Shown here piece after piece: positions 49,220 to 58,208 of a DNA stretch of 64,000 nt; positions within the stretch are counted from its first letter, which is position 1, and every line of letters begins with the position of its first letter. This DNA comes from Candidatus Enterousia sp. (GTDB taxonomy: Bacteria; Pseudomonadota; Alphaproteobacteria; Rs-D84): the NCBI GenBank assembly GCA_045613445.1, contig JAZLAZ010000012.1, positions 7,519 to 71,518 on the forward strand, given 5' to 3'. The notes beneath the pieces are model-generated. The model searched no databases and was not told the DNA's origin. It was given only the letters and a program-made list of their open reading frames with translations. A program made the translations under genes and the position numbers.

Positions 49220-49780
49220 TTATTTTTCTAATTTTCCCCATCCAGCTTTATATCCACCATCGCGTTCCAAATAGATATTTGCACCGTTTAATTGTGCCGC
49301 ACTTAGACCTTGAAGCATATACGTCTGATTCAACTTACCACTTTTACCGGTTTCCAGCATAGGCATTTTTATATCCATTGCATTTGCAGAATGGCAACAA
49401 TTTGCATCATTGTGACAAGAACCACACTGATATAATTTTACTGTATATGGAACACCAGCACGCATATCTTTCAAATCAACTTCCATCTTCAAACCATTAT
49501 CAGTATCGCGGAATTTAATATGTCCCATTTTTGATTCGCCACCATGACTGCTGTGCGTATACATTTTTGCATAAACATGATTTACATCTGCATTTTCATA
49601 TGTTTGGTATACAACGATTGTATCAGATTCAATCATTTCAACAGGTTGTACATACTGTTTATTATGATAGATTGCTTTTTTATTATGATGTTTTGTTGGA
49701 CAAGCTGAACATCCTGCCAAAACAGCTGCTGCACCCAAAACAGATGCAAACACACATGTTTTTTTAATTAAATTTGTCAT
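49220..49780 (-). CDS. Lipoprotein with Cu/Zn-SOD-like fold lacking metal-ligand histidines
   Basis: Lipobox LAGC. GHIKFRDTDNGLKMEVDL...G..YTVKLYQCGSC...MPMLETGKSG...LNGANIYL...KAGWGKL follows the SodC strand pattern. Confidence 0.55.
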   Translation of the reverse strand: MTNLIKKTCVFASVLGAAAVLAGCSACPTKHHNKKAIYHNKQYVQPVEMIESDTIVVYQTYENADVNHVYAKMYTHSSHGGESKMGHIKFRDTDNGLKMEVDLKDMRAGVPYTVKLYQCGSCHNDANCCHSANAMDIKMPMLETGKSGKLNQTYMLQGLSAAQLNGANIYLERDGGYKAGWGKLEK

Positions 49781-49971
49781 TTAATTTTCTCCTTTGTTTT
49801 TTGTTGGTACGAAAATAATTTTACTATGTTTTATATAATTTTCCGCAGGTTTGATTCCCTAGGAATCCCAACAAATCTGTCGTACAGCACGATTTGAAAA
49901 GACACCTATACACCAAAAGAAAACCTTCTGATAAATTACATATGTTTAACCAAACAAACAGGAGGCAAAAT

Positions 49972-50328
49972 ATGTATGAACTGATACAACATTTAATTGC
50001 ATTCAAATATGCATGCAAAATAAATCACTGGTCAACGGACCAATATTCCAAACATCTGTTATTTGATCGTCTGAACGAAGACATTGACACATGGGTTGAT
50101 GAAATATCAGAAACATATTTCATGGCATCTGATAACAAATCAGTATTCAAAGCAGACTTATTAAATCCTAAATTCGTAAACCGTGATTTAGTTAAATCAT
50201 GTGAAAACATTATTTCATTACTTGAAAAATTACAAAATGACAACGACACCAACGAAGGCATAAATTCATTGCTAAGCGGTATCGAAGAAGGATTTTTGAC
50301 CAAGTTAGCATTGGCAAAATTATCATAA
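49972..50328 (+). CDS. Short ferritin/Dps-like protein
   Basis: HW...KHLLFD...D..VDEISE resembles the Dps ferroxidase pattern. RBS GGAGG at 49961 fixes the start at ATG 49972. Confidence 0.65.
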   Translation: MYELIQHLIAFKYACKINHWSTDQYSKHLLFDRLNEDIDTWVDEISETYFMASDNKSVFKADLLNPKFVNRDLVKSCENIISLLEKLQNDNDTNEGINSLLSGIEEGFLTKLALAKLS

Positions 50329-50357
50329 AAAAAACGCCCCATTTGGGGCGTTCTTTT

Positions 50358-50969
50358 TTAGAACATAAATCTGATACCAACATCACCACCAAAGTTATGT
50401 AACCCAGATTGGATATCAACATATGTATAACGCGCAGCCAAATCAACAGCAAAACGTTCCATATCAAATGTTACACCCATTGTTGCCATTGCACCAACAC
50501 GTGTTTTGCTTTCGCTGTGATGTGGGACCAATTTGCCGTCGCGTTTAACATCTGCAAATGCCATACCGACCCCCAACCCTGCAAATGGACGAACCGTGTT
50601 ATATGAACCAAATTCCATATAATTGTTCCACAATAATGTTTGTAATTTTGCATCTACATCAATGTTACCCGCTGGACCAAAATCTGCTTTATCAGATGTT
50701 TTGCCATAATAAGTCCATTCCATTTCTGAACGAACTGTATCGCATACTTCCAGACCTAATGCTGCACGACCTTGAAAAATCCAATCTGTAATGGATTCTT
50801 TATTACCATCATATTTATAGTTCAGGTTAGTATAGCTCATACCACCTCTTAAACCAATATATGGATCCATACCCCACATTTTCCAAGAACTACCCTGATC
50901 TGGGTGATTGATTGCAAACGCTGGACATGCCATCAACACAGCCAATGTTGAAATTGCTAATTTTTTCAT
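50358..50969 (-). CDS. Outer-membrane beta-barrel protein (paralog type of 12312..13013)
   Basis: Signal peptide, PYIGLRGG, RSEMEW, PFAGLGVG, VDLAARY, terminal GIRFMF. Confidence 0.8.
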   Translation of the reverse strand: MKKLAISTLAVLMACPAFAINHPDQGSSWKMWGMDPYIGLRGGMSYTNLNYKYDGNKESITDWIFQGRAALGLEVCDTVRSEMEWTYYGKTSDKADFGPAGNIDVDAKLQTLLWNNYMEFGSYNTVRPFAGLGVGMAFADVKRDGKLVPHHSESKTRVGAMATMGVTFDMERFAVDLAARYTYVDIQSGLHNFGGDVGIRFMF

Positions 50970-51110
50970 TTCTTCTCCTTTTATTTGTTTATAGATTCAA
51001 AAGTTTCATGTCAACAATTTGATTCTATCAATGTTATTCAGATAATTACATAGGTATGAATCCCTGCTACAAAAACATAAAAAACGACCACATTTTGTGG
51101 TCGTATATCA

Positions 51111-51186
51111 TGGTGGACGCGCAGGGACTCGAACCCTGGACCCACTGATTAAGAGTCAGTTGCTCTACCAACTGAGCTACGCATCC
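51111..51186 (-). tRNA. tRNA-Lys (CTT)
   Basis: GGATGCG...CGCGTCC-ACCA, anticodon arm ACTGA-CT-CTT-AA-TCAGT. Confidence 0.96.
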
Positions 51187-51217
51187 GAAACTGATTTTCT
51201 TATCAGAACGGGGGTAA

Positions 51218-52444
51218 TTATAGACTTTTTTCTGTCAAATGCAAGTCTTTATCACAACACTTATTCGACAATCGTAATTTGATATGTTTTATATCATCAA
51301 TTGTTTGTGCACCTGCCAGGGTCATAACACGACGCAAATCTGTCTTCAAATAATCAAACACAGACACAACACCACGCCACCCACCCAGCGCCAATCCATA
51401 TATCACGGGACGTCCAATTGCCACAACATCTGCGCCAGATGCAATTGCTTTGAATATATGTGTACCGCGACGAATACCGCTGTCAAAAATAATTGGCACG
51501 CGTTTATCCACGCGCCGTGCAACATCATCCAAAACATCAAACGAACAAAAGGTTCCATCCAGCTGTCTGCCCCCATGATTTGAAACCCATATCGCATCAG
51601 CTCCTGCTGCGATTGCCATTTCTGCATCATCTGGATGTTGAATACCTTTTACAATCACAGGCAACTTTGTCATTTTTTTTACACGAACGATATCATATGG
51701 TGTCAATTTATTTTGTGCAGCTGCAAAAATAGTTCCAATCCCCTGTCCTTTTGTTGAACCATTTTTTTGTGCAACATTTGGCAGCGCCAGTGGGAATTTG
51801 AAATTATTTTGTAAATCACGAATTCTATTACCACCAACAGGCGCATCAACAGTTAAAATTATTGCACGATAACCTAAATCTTCGGCCTGCTTTACAATTT
51901 TACGATTAAATTCATCATCCTTGCTAAGGTATAACTGAAACCATTGGGGTGCCCCATTACTCGCAGCTGCAATTTCTTCCAAGGTACTGCTGGCATAGTT
52001 ACTAACACTCATAATCGTACCACTGGCTGCCGCCCCGCGTGCACTGCCTGCCTCTGCAGAAACATGCGCCAATCCATGTGCTGCTGCAGGCGCAACAATA
52101 ACAGGTAATGATATATCTATTCCTAAAATTCGTGTTGTAATATCAGGCATATCAACCCCCGTCAAAACACGAGGATAAATATCTACACAATCAAAACAAT
52201 CGACATTATCACGCATTGTCTTTTCTGTATCTGCCCCACCATATATGTAATCAAAACCGCCCTTTGGGATAACAGCAGCGGCCTGTTTTTCTAAATCATT
52301 TATATCATATATTCTTATTTGTTCATCCAGTGCAGATGCAATATATTTAGCATTTGGTGCAACATGCTTATTACAGCGCATTACTAACCATATAACCAAC
52401 AACAAAATCAAGACAACACATAAAATAAAAATTACTTTTTTCAA
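51218..52444 (-). CDS. FMN-dependent alpha-hydroxy-acid oxidase (lactate oxidase family) with N-terminal membrane anchor
   Basis: IPKGGFDYIYGG, WFQLY, LTVD..GNR, VKG, NHGGRQLD, DSGIRRG, GRP. N-terminal MKKVIFILCVVLILLLVIWLVMRC. Confidence 0.88.
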   Translation of the reverse strand: MKKVIFILCVVLILLLVIWLVMRCNKHVAPNAKYIASALDEQIRIYDINDLEKQAAAVIPKGGFDYIYGGADTEKTMRDNVDCFDCVDIYPRVLTGVDMPDITTRILGIDISLPVIVAPAAAHGLAHVSAEAGSARGAAASGTIMSVSNYASSTLEEIAAASNGAPQWFQLYLSKDDEFNRKIVKQAEDLGYRAIILTVDAPVGGNRIRDLQNNFKFPLALPNVAQKNGSTKGQGIGTIFAAAQNKLTPYDIVRVKKMTKLPVIVKGIQHPDDAEMAIAAGADAIWVSNHGGRQLDGTFCSFDVLDDVARRVDKRVPIIFDSGIRRGTHIFKAIASGADVVAIGRPVIYGLALGGWRGVVSVFDYLKTDLRRVMTLAGAQTIDDIKHIKLRLSNKCCDKDLHLTEKSL

Positions 52445-52522
52445 ATCTCATCTCCTTTTTTATAAAACTGTAACATATGTCTTATAAAAATCAGAGATGA
52501 CAGTATTCACAACAAATCAAAT

Positions 52523-53818
52523 TTATTTTTTCAAATAACTTGATGGATTATAAGCCTTGGTTCCCTTACGAATTTCGAAATGCAGTTGTGGACTATCCAC
52601 CTTACCAGTTTCACCCACAGTGCCAATTTTCTGTCCCACAGAAACCCTACGACCACGACGAACATCCATTGAATCCATATGCGCATAAACGGTCATCCAA
52701 CCACCATCATGCTGAACAATTATCAGATTTCCCATACCTTTTACTTCATTTCCTGCATATGCCACGACACCATTTTCTGCGGCCTTGACAGCCGTACCAC
52801 GATTTGCCGAAATATTTATACCATCATTAAACAATCCATTAGATTTTGCACCATATCCAGACAATATTTTACCACGCACAGGCCATGCAAATTTTGATGA
52901 AGAACGCGCACTAATTGTTGGTAATTTTTTTGACGGGTCTGAAGAAATCTTTTTAACTGGCGCCGATACAACATTTATATTTTGTTTTTCTGGGACAACA
53001 TCTGCTTTATTTGATTTTATCGCACTTGTTTTTACAGTATTTACGACTGGCGCGGTGACAAAATTCGGCACACGCAACTTTTGTCCAACAGATAAATTGA
53101 AGGGTGGCGTCAACTTGTTTAATACCGCCAAATCGTTGACAGGTACAGAATATTTTCTGGATAAAGAATACAATGTATCACCAGATGCGACTGTAATTTC
53201 TTGTAATTCTATCCGCATTGTTTTTTTCACCCCACTGACAGGTTTACGAACATTCAAAACATCTTCTGACGAATCGACAATCTTGTTTTCTGGGGTCAAC
53301 AATAATTTATGTCCAACTGTCAATTGATATGGTTCTGATAAATTATTTATTTCTGCCAAATCTTGAACAGATAGACCATATTTTTTTGACAGACCATACA
53401 GAGTATCACCCTTTTGAACAGTCACAGCATTTTTATCATCGATTTGATTTTGTGATTTTGTATAACTGGGCACAGTAATAACATCACCATCCGATGATGT
53501 ATCAGACACAATTTCTTGTCCATATAATGCAACAGCATCTGATTGCACTGGCGCAACATAATCATTCACACTGGCATAAACGATATAATCATCATTTGAT
53601 TTTGTACCATACAATAAATCAGGTGCAGCATACACACCATAATCTGACGCTGCAGAATTATAAATTTCCGGATTTGCATACGGGTCTGCCAACAAAGCGG
53701 GATATCTAGCAGAAATAAATTCACCAACCGTATCAGGCAATGATACAACACGGGGTTGTAAATCACATGCATTTTGTGTCAACAAGACACCAGCCAAAAT
53801 CAAAATGACTTTTTTCAT
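52523..53818 (-). CDS. LysM/M23 peptidase-family protein (NlpD-like)
   Basis: Two LysM domains (VQKGDTLY, VASGDTLY); M23 domain FAWPVRG, NDGINI, YAH, QLHFEIR. Confidence 0.85.
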   Translation of the reverse strand: MKKVILILAGVLLTQNACDLQPRVVSLPDTVGEFISARYPALLADPYANPEIYNSAASDYGVYAAPDLLYGTKSNDDYIVYASVNDYVAPVQSDAVALYGQEIVSDTSSDGDVITVPSYTKSQNQIDDKNAVTVQKGDTLYGLSKKYGLSVQDLAEINNLSEPYQLTVGHKLLLTPENKIVDSSEDVLNVRKPVSGVKKTMRIELQEITVASGDTLYSLSRKYSVPVNDLAVLNKLTPPFNLSVGQKLRVPNFVTAPVVNTVKTSAIKSNKADVVPEKQNINVVSAPVKKISSDPSKKLPTISARSSSKFAWPVRGKILSGYGAKSNGLFNDGINISANRGTAVKAAENGVVAYAGNEVKGMGNLIIVQHDGGWMTVYAHMDSMDVRRGRRVSVGQKIGTVGETGKVDSPQLHFEIRKGTKAYNPSSYLKK

Positions 53819-53838
53819 AAACAGATTATATCATAAAT

Positions 53839-54546
53839 TTAGTCTTGGCGCATAAATAAAATGCTAGATTCGAACAATATCCACATTGGAATTGCCAACA
53901 TAACCTGAGACACAACATCAGGTGGCGTCAACACAGCTGCAATCAAAACAATCAAAACAATTGCATATCTTCTTGATTTTACAATCATCGATTTTTTTAA
54001 TACACCGATTCTATTTAACAGTATCAAGACCAAGGGTAATTGAAACGCCACACCAAACACCTTTAACAACCCGATTGCAAAACGCAAATAGTCGCGCACA
54101 TCAGGCAACAAAACATTTGGCACACTTGCCATCTGATTTAATTCGACAAAGAACTTAAAAACAATCGGCAACAAGAAATAAAAAGCAAACCCTGCTCCCA
54201 AGACAAACAAAATTGGCGACATAATCAACATTGGAAAAATCAATTTCTTTTCAGATTGTTTTAATCCTGGGCTAACAAATGCCCAAACATGCCATAAGAT
54301 TACAGGGATAATAATAAGCAACGCAAACAATCCAGACAAAGATAATCGTACCATCAAACCATCAGATAAACCTGTATATAACAAAACCCCATCTGGCCAA
54401 ACATTTAACAGTGGTTGCGTCAACATGCCTTGCATAACAAGTGACAAATACCATCCACCAACAAACGCAATTAAAAAGACCAAAACGCACCACAAAATTC
54501 GTCTACGCAGTTCAGAAAAATGCTGCATCATTGTCATTTTTTTCAT
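53839..54546 (-). CDS. tatC: Twin-arginine translocase TatC
   Basis: HFSELRRR, WAFVSPGL, FGVAFQLP, AAVLTPPD. Confidence 0.93.
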   Translation of the reverse strand: MKKMTMMQHFSELRRRILWCVLVFLIAFVGGWYLSLVMQGMLTQPLLNVWPDGVLLYTGLSDGLMVRLSLSGLFALLIIIPVILWHVWAFVSPGLKQSEKKLIFPMLIMSPILFVLGAGFAFYFLLPIVFKFFVELNQMASVPNVLLPDVRDYLRFAIGLLKVFGVAFQLPLVLILLNRIGVLKKSMIVKSRRYAIVLIVLIAAVLTPPDVVSQVMLAIPMWILFESSILFMRQD

Positions 54547-54833
54547 TTTGATGCCTTTTTCTTTGTGGTTACTTTTCTCTTTTTCGGCAAGACTGATGAA
54601 AATTGATTCAGCACATCATCTGTTGTAGTACGAACAATATCATCTATTGGTTTTTCTAAATCAATTTGCTGTTTTATATTTTCAGACGCATCTGTTATAC
54701 GCCATATAATCTGCCGTACACCCTTGATTACTCTGGCCAAAAAACGCGCAACATCTGGCCACATTCGCGACGGAATAACCAAGATCGCGATCAACAAAAC
54801 GACAAAAAATTCACCCCAACTTATTCCAAACAT
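54543..54833 (-). CDS. tatB: Twin-arginine translocase TatB
   Basis: MFGISWGEFFVVLLIAILVIP..WP; overlaps the tatC start. Confidence 0.75.
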   Translation of the reverse strand: MFGISWGEFFVVLLIAILVIPSRMWPDVARFLARVIKGVRQIIWRITDASENIKQQIDLEKPIDDIVRTTTDDVLNQFSSVLPKKRKVTTKKKASK

Positions 54834-54836
54834 TTT

Positions 54837-55454
54837 TTAATCATAAAAATCATCACCGCTATTAGTATTGACTGTTTTATGCCGTGATATCTGAAAGAAA
54901 TCTTTAGCAAACTTTGTTTTTTCTGTCAATTCATGAAAAGCCACATCTGTATGTGCGCCTGTTGCATCAACAACAGACCAAGAATTTAATTTTATTGGAT
55001 TTTTATCAAATACAACTGTCATATATCCCAAACCTTCTTGACCGCGTAAATTTAATTTCAATGAAAAAGAATTTTTATAATTATTTGTTTCAACAACATT
55101 GATATCTGCATTTTTTAAATCAATATTTTTTCTGACCAAAATACCCGCTGGTGTACTGGTCAAGGGTACAGTTGTAATTTGATCCAGAGACTTATCAAAA
55201 AAGTATAAATCTTGTCCATCAGAAATCAATTGAATTGGCATATTATCATAATCCAATCTGACGCGTCCTGGACGCAACATAGAAAAGACACCTTTTTCCT
55301 GTTTTCCATTTGCTGTTTGTACAAAATTTCCATGCAAGCCTGTAATAGAATTCAAATATTTTTCGGCATTTGTAATCAACTTTGCATCAACATCCGCGTA
55401 CCCAGACACAGATATCATTATACAGCAAACAGCCCAGACTATTTTCTTTAACAC
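54837..55454 (-). CDS. lolA: Lipoprotein chaperone LolA
   Basis: Signal peptide, GNFVQ, LRPGRVRLDY, SDG, TPAGIL, WSVVDATG. Confidence 0.85.
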   Translation of the reverse strand: MLKKIVWAVCCIMISVSGYADVDAKLITNAEKYLNSITGLHGNFVQTANGKQEKGVFSMLRPGRVRLDYDNMPIQLISDGQDLYFFDKSLDQITTVPLTSTPAGILVRKNIDLKNADINVVETNNYKNSFSLKLNLRGQEGLGYMTVVFDKNPIKLNSWSVVDATGAHTDVAFHELTEKTKFAKDFFQISRHKTVNTNSGDDFYD

Positions 55455-55456
55455 GA

Positions 55457-56416
55457 TTATTCCCCCTTGAATAATTGCAATACACGCGCTTTTACATTTT
55501 CCAATGTATCATGAACTATTGCACCAGCGGCCCTTTCGTGGCCACCCCCACCCAGCGCAACAGCAATCGTATCAATTGGTTTTCTACGACTGCGTATTGA
55601 TATTCCGATTCGATCATCTTTTTGCTCTTTCAACAAAACAATATATTCAACGCCCTTGATTTGTCCCAGTAAATTCAACACTAATTCACCACGACCATCC
55701 AGATATTTATAATCCTTTCTATGAACAATTGCCAAGGCCAACCGACCATTATAAAAGAACTCTGCCTCGGCTGTTGTTTTGGCTTCTAATTGTACGGTTC
55801 TGCGCTGTTTATTATTCATCATTTCAATCAATGAACGAATATTCACGCCATAATCAACCAAATCAGCCATTATTCGCAACGCATCACCATTTCGACAAAA
55901 TTTGAAATTACCTGTATCAGTTATAATTGCAATTGCCAACAAATCAGCCACACAGTTATCATACTTTAATCCAGCAGTTTTGATAATATCATACACAATA
56001 ACACCTGTGGCAGATGCAGTATCATCATTCAAGCACAACTGTGCAACAGGCAAATCATTTTTATGATGATCTATTTCAACAACAAACTTTGCATTATCGA
56101 CCAATGATTGTGGTCCACCAATATGTGCAGGATTACCATAATCCATAACAATTGCCAAATCTACATGCTGTGTCATATCGACACGTTCAAAATATTTTAT
56201 CCGTCCGCGATGCGGGATATAATCCAAACTGTCTGAAATATTTCCATCATATACACACAGTGGTTGAACACCAAAATTTAATTCGATCAACTGTGCCAAC
56301 GCCAACACACTGGCAATAGAATCACCATCAGGATTTTTATGTCCCATTATCGCAATTGTTTTTGCAGATCTAACAATTTCTAAAAATTCATTTATTTTAT
56401 TTTCCATATTCATCAT
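55457..56416 (-). CDS. DHH/DHHA1 phosphoesterase (NrnA-like)
   Basis: HKNPDGD, IDHH, TDTGNF, GGGGH..AAG. Confidence 0.88.
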   Translation of the reverse strand: MMNMENKINEFLEIVRSAKTIAIMGHKNPDGDSIASVLALAQLIELNFGVQPLCVYDGNISDSLDYIPHRGRIKYFERVDMTQHVDLAIVMDYGNPAHIGGPQSLVDNAKFVVEIDHHKNDLPVAQLCLNDDTASATGVIVYDIIKTAGLKYDNCVADLLAIAIITDTGNFKFCRNGDALRIMADLVDYGVNIRSLIEMMNNKQRRTVQLEAKTTAEAEFFYNGRLALAIVHRKDYKYLDGRGELVLNLLGQIKGVEYIVLLKEQKDDRIGISIRSRRKPIDTIAVALGGGGHERAAGAIVHDTLENVKARVLQLFKGE

Positions 56417-58165
56417 CTACACTGCTATATCTTCTAAAACGAATTGCACACTGACGCGTCCATTATATTCGTTTTCTTTTAATTTACCCAACAACATTAT
56501 TTTAGTATTCGTATTCGCATCGTCCAGCAAAAAATCACCAACAGGTGTTCCGACCAAATTAAATCCGACAAATGCCAATTGATTCCCACTACTGGTCATA
56601 ACACTGCCACGCAAATGCGACCCATTGCCCATTATCATCGCATGCCGCAAAGTCCCCCCCCGCAAAACCAATGTAGGTTCTGGATTTCCCTGACCAAATG
56701 GTTCCATTGCATTTAACTGTTTTACTAACTTCATTGTTGCGCCCCCAGCATCTAATTGGGCATCTACAACAATTTCAGGTTGTGGGACAAGACCATTTAG
56801 CTGTTCGCTAACCGCGCGTTCCAAGAATTCACAAAACTCTTTTTCTTTATCTTCGGACAAAGAAAACCCAGCGGCCGCAGCATGTCCACCTCCTTCGCTG
56901 ATGATACCTGCGGCCAGTGCATCATGAATTATTTTTCCCAAATCCACCCCAGACACAGATCTACCAGAACCGTTTATTTGACCATCTGTCTTGGTTGCGA
57001 CACAAGACGGTAAATTAAATTTATCTTTTAATCTACCTGCGATAATTCCCATCACACCACCGTGCCAATTATCGCCACAAATAAATAAACTGCATTTACC
57101 AGACTGGCAGCATTTTTCAGCCATTTCTGTAGCAGACAACATTATTGCATTTTGTATATCGATTCTTTCTTGGTTCATCTGATGCAATTTATTTGCCAAA
57201 TCATGTGCAATCAGTGGATTATCCGTCAACAACAGTTCCAACGCAGGCGACGCAGAATCCAAACGCCCTGCTGCATTTAAACGTGGCCCCAGCGCAAAGC
57301 CCGCTGCATATACAGATGGTTTTTTTATACCGGCCAAATCCATCAACACACGCAGTCCCAAATTTTGTCGCAATCCCAACACTTTCAATCCAGTTGCAAC
57401 AAAAGCGCGATTTAATCCAATCAACGGCATTGTATCGCAAATTGTTCCCAATGCGACCAAATCCATATAATTTAATAAATTTTCCGCAGCAACCCGTGCA
57501 GCCAATTCAGAATCTAAACTTCTTGATTTTAATTCACGATTTAATGCCACCAATGTCAAGAAAGCAACACCAACCCCCGCCAGATAAGACAATTCAGATT
57601 CATCATCAATTCTTTTTGGATTTACCACAGCATCTGCATTGGGCACAACAGAATCAGGCGAATGATGATCTGTAACAACGACGACCAATCCAGAATCCTT
57701 TGCAAATTTAACTTCATCAACACCGCTAATACCACAATCAACAGTAATCATTAAATCGACATTATCTTTGACAATATCTGCGATTGCATCATTATTCAAA
57801 CCATATCCTTCGCCTTCGCGTGTTGGCAGATGCCACACAACATCGATTCCCAATGCACGCAGATATTTTACAAATACTGCGGTTGATGTAATACCATCAA
57901 CATCATAATCGCCATATATTGCAATTTTTTTATGGTTTTGCACCGCATCTGCGATTATTTTTGCAGCCACATCCATATCTTTCAAGACAGATGGATCAGG
58001 CATATATTCTTTAATACTGGGGGATAAAAATTTTTCGACATCTGCATCAGAAACAATCCCGCGACTGGCCAAGACACGGTTTAACAAATTTTCTGTACCA
58101 CAAACATCATCACACACCGACACCCATGCCTTACCAAGCATGGATTTTTCCACAATTCTACTCAC
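56417..58165 (-). CDS. recJ: Single-stranded DNA exonuclease RecJ
   Basis: YGDYDVDG, VDCG, TDHH, LGPRLNAAGR, GSGRS, GGHAAAAG, EPFGQGNP. Confidence 0.95.
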   Translation of the reverse strand: MSRIVEKSMLGKAWVSVCDDVCGTENLLNRVLASRGIVSDADVEKFLSPSIKEYMPDPSVLKDMDVAAKIIADAVQNHKKIAIYGDYDVDGITSTAVFVKYLRALGIDVVWHLPTREGEGYGLNNDAIADIVKDNVDLMITVDCGISGVDEVKFAKDSGLVVVVTDHHSPDSVVPNADAVVNPKRIDDESELSYLAGVGVAFLTLVALNRELKSRSLDSELAARVAAENLLNYMDLVALGTICDTMPLIGLNRAFVATGLKVLGLRQNLGLRVLMDLAGIKKPSVYAAGFALGPRLNAAGRLDSASPALELLLTDNPLIAHDLANKLHQMNQERIDIQNAIMLSATEMAEKCCQSGKCSLFICGDNWHGGVMGIIAGRLKDKFNLPSCVATKTDGQINGSGRSVSGVDLGKIIHDALAAGIISEGGGHAAAAGFSLSEDKEKEFCEFLERAVSEQLNGLVPQPEIVVDAQLDAGGATMKLVKQLNAMEPFGQGNPEPTLVLRGGTLRHAMIMGNGSHLRGSVMTSSGNQLAFVGFNLVGTPVGDFLLDDANTNTKIMLLGKLKENEYNGRVSVQFVLEDIAV

Positions 58166-58208
58166 GCTATACTCTTTTTTTATTATCGATGTATATTATA
58201 ATCTAAAT

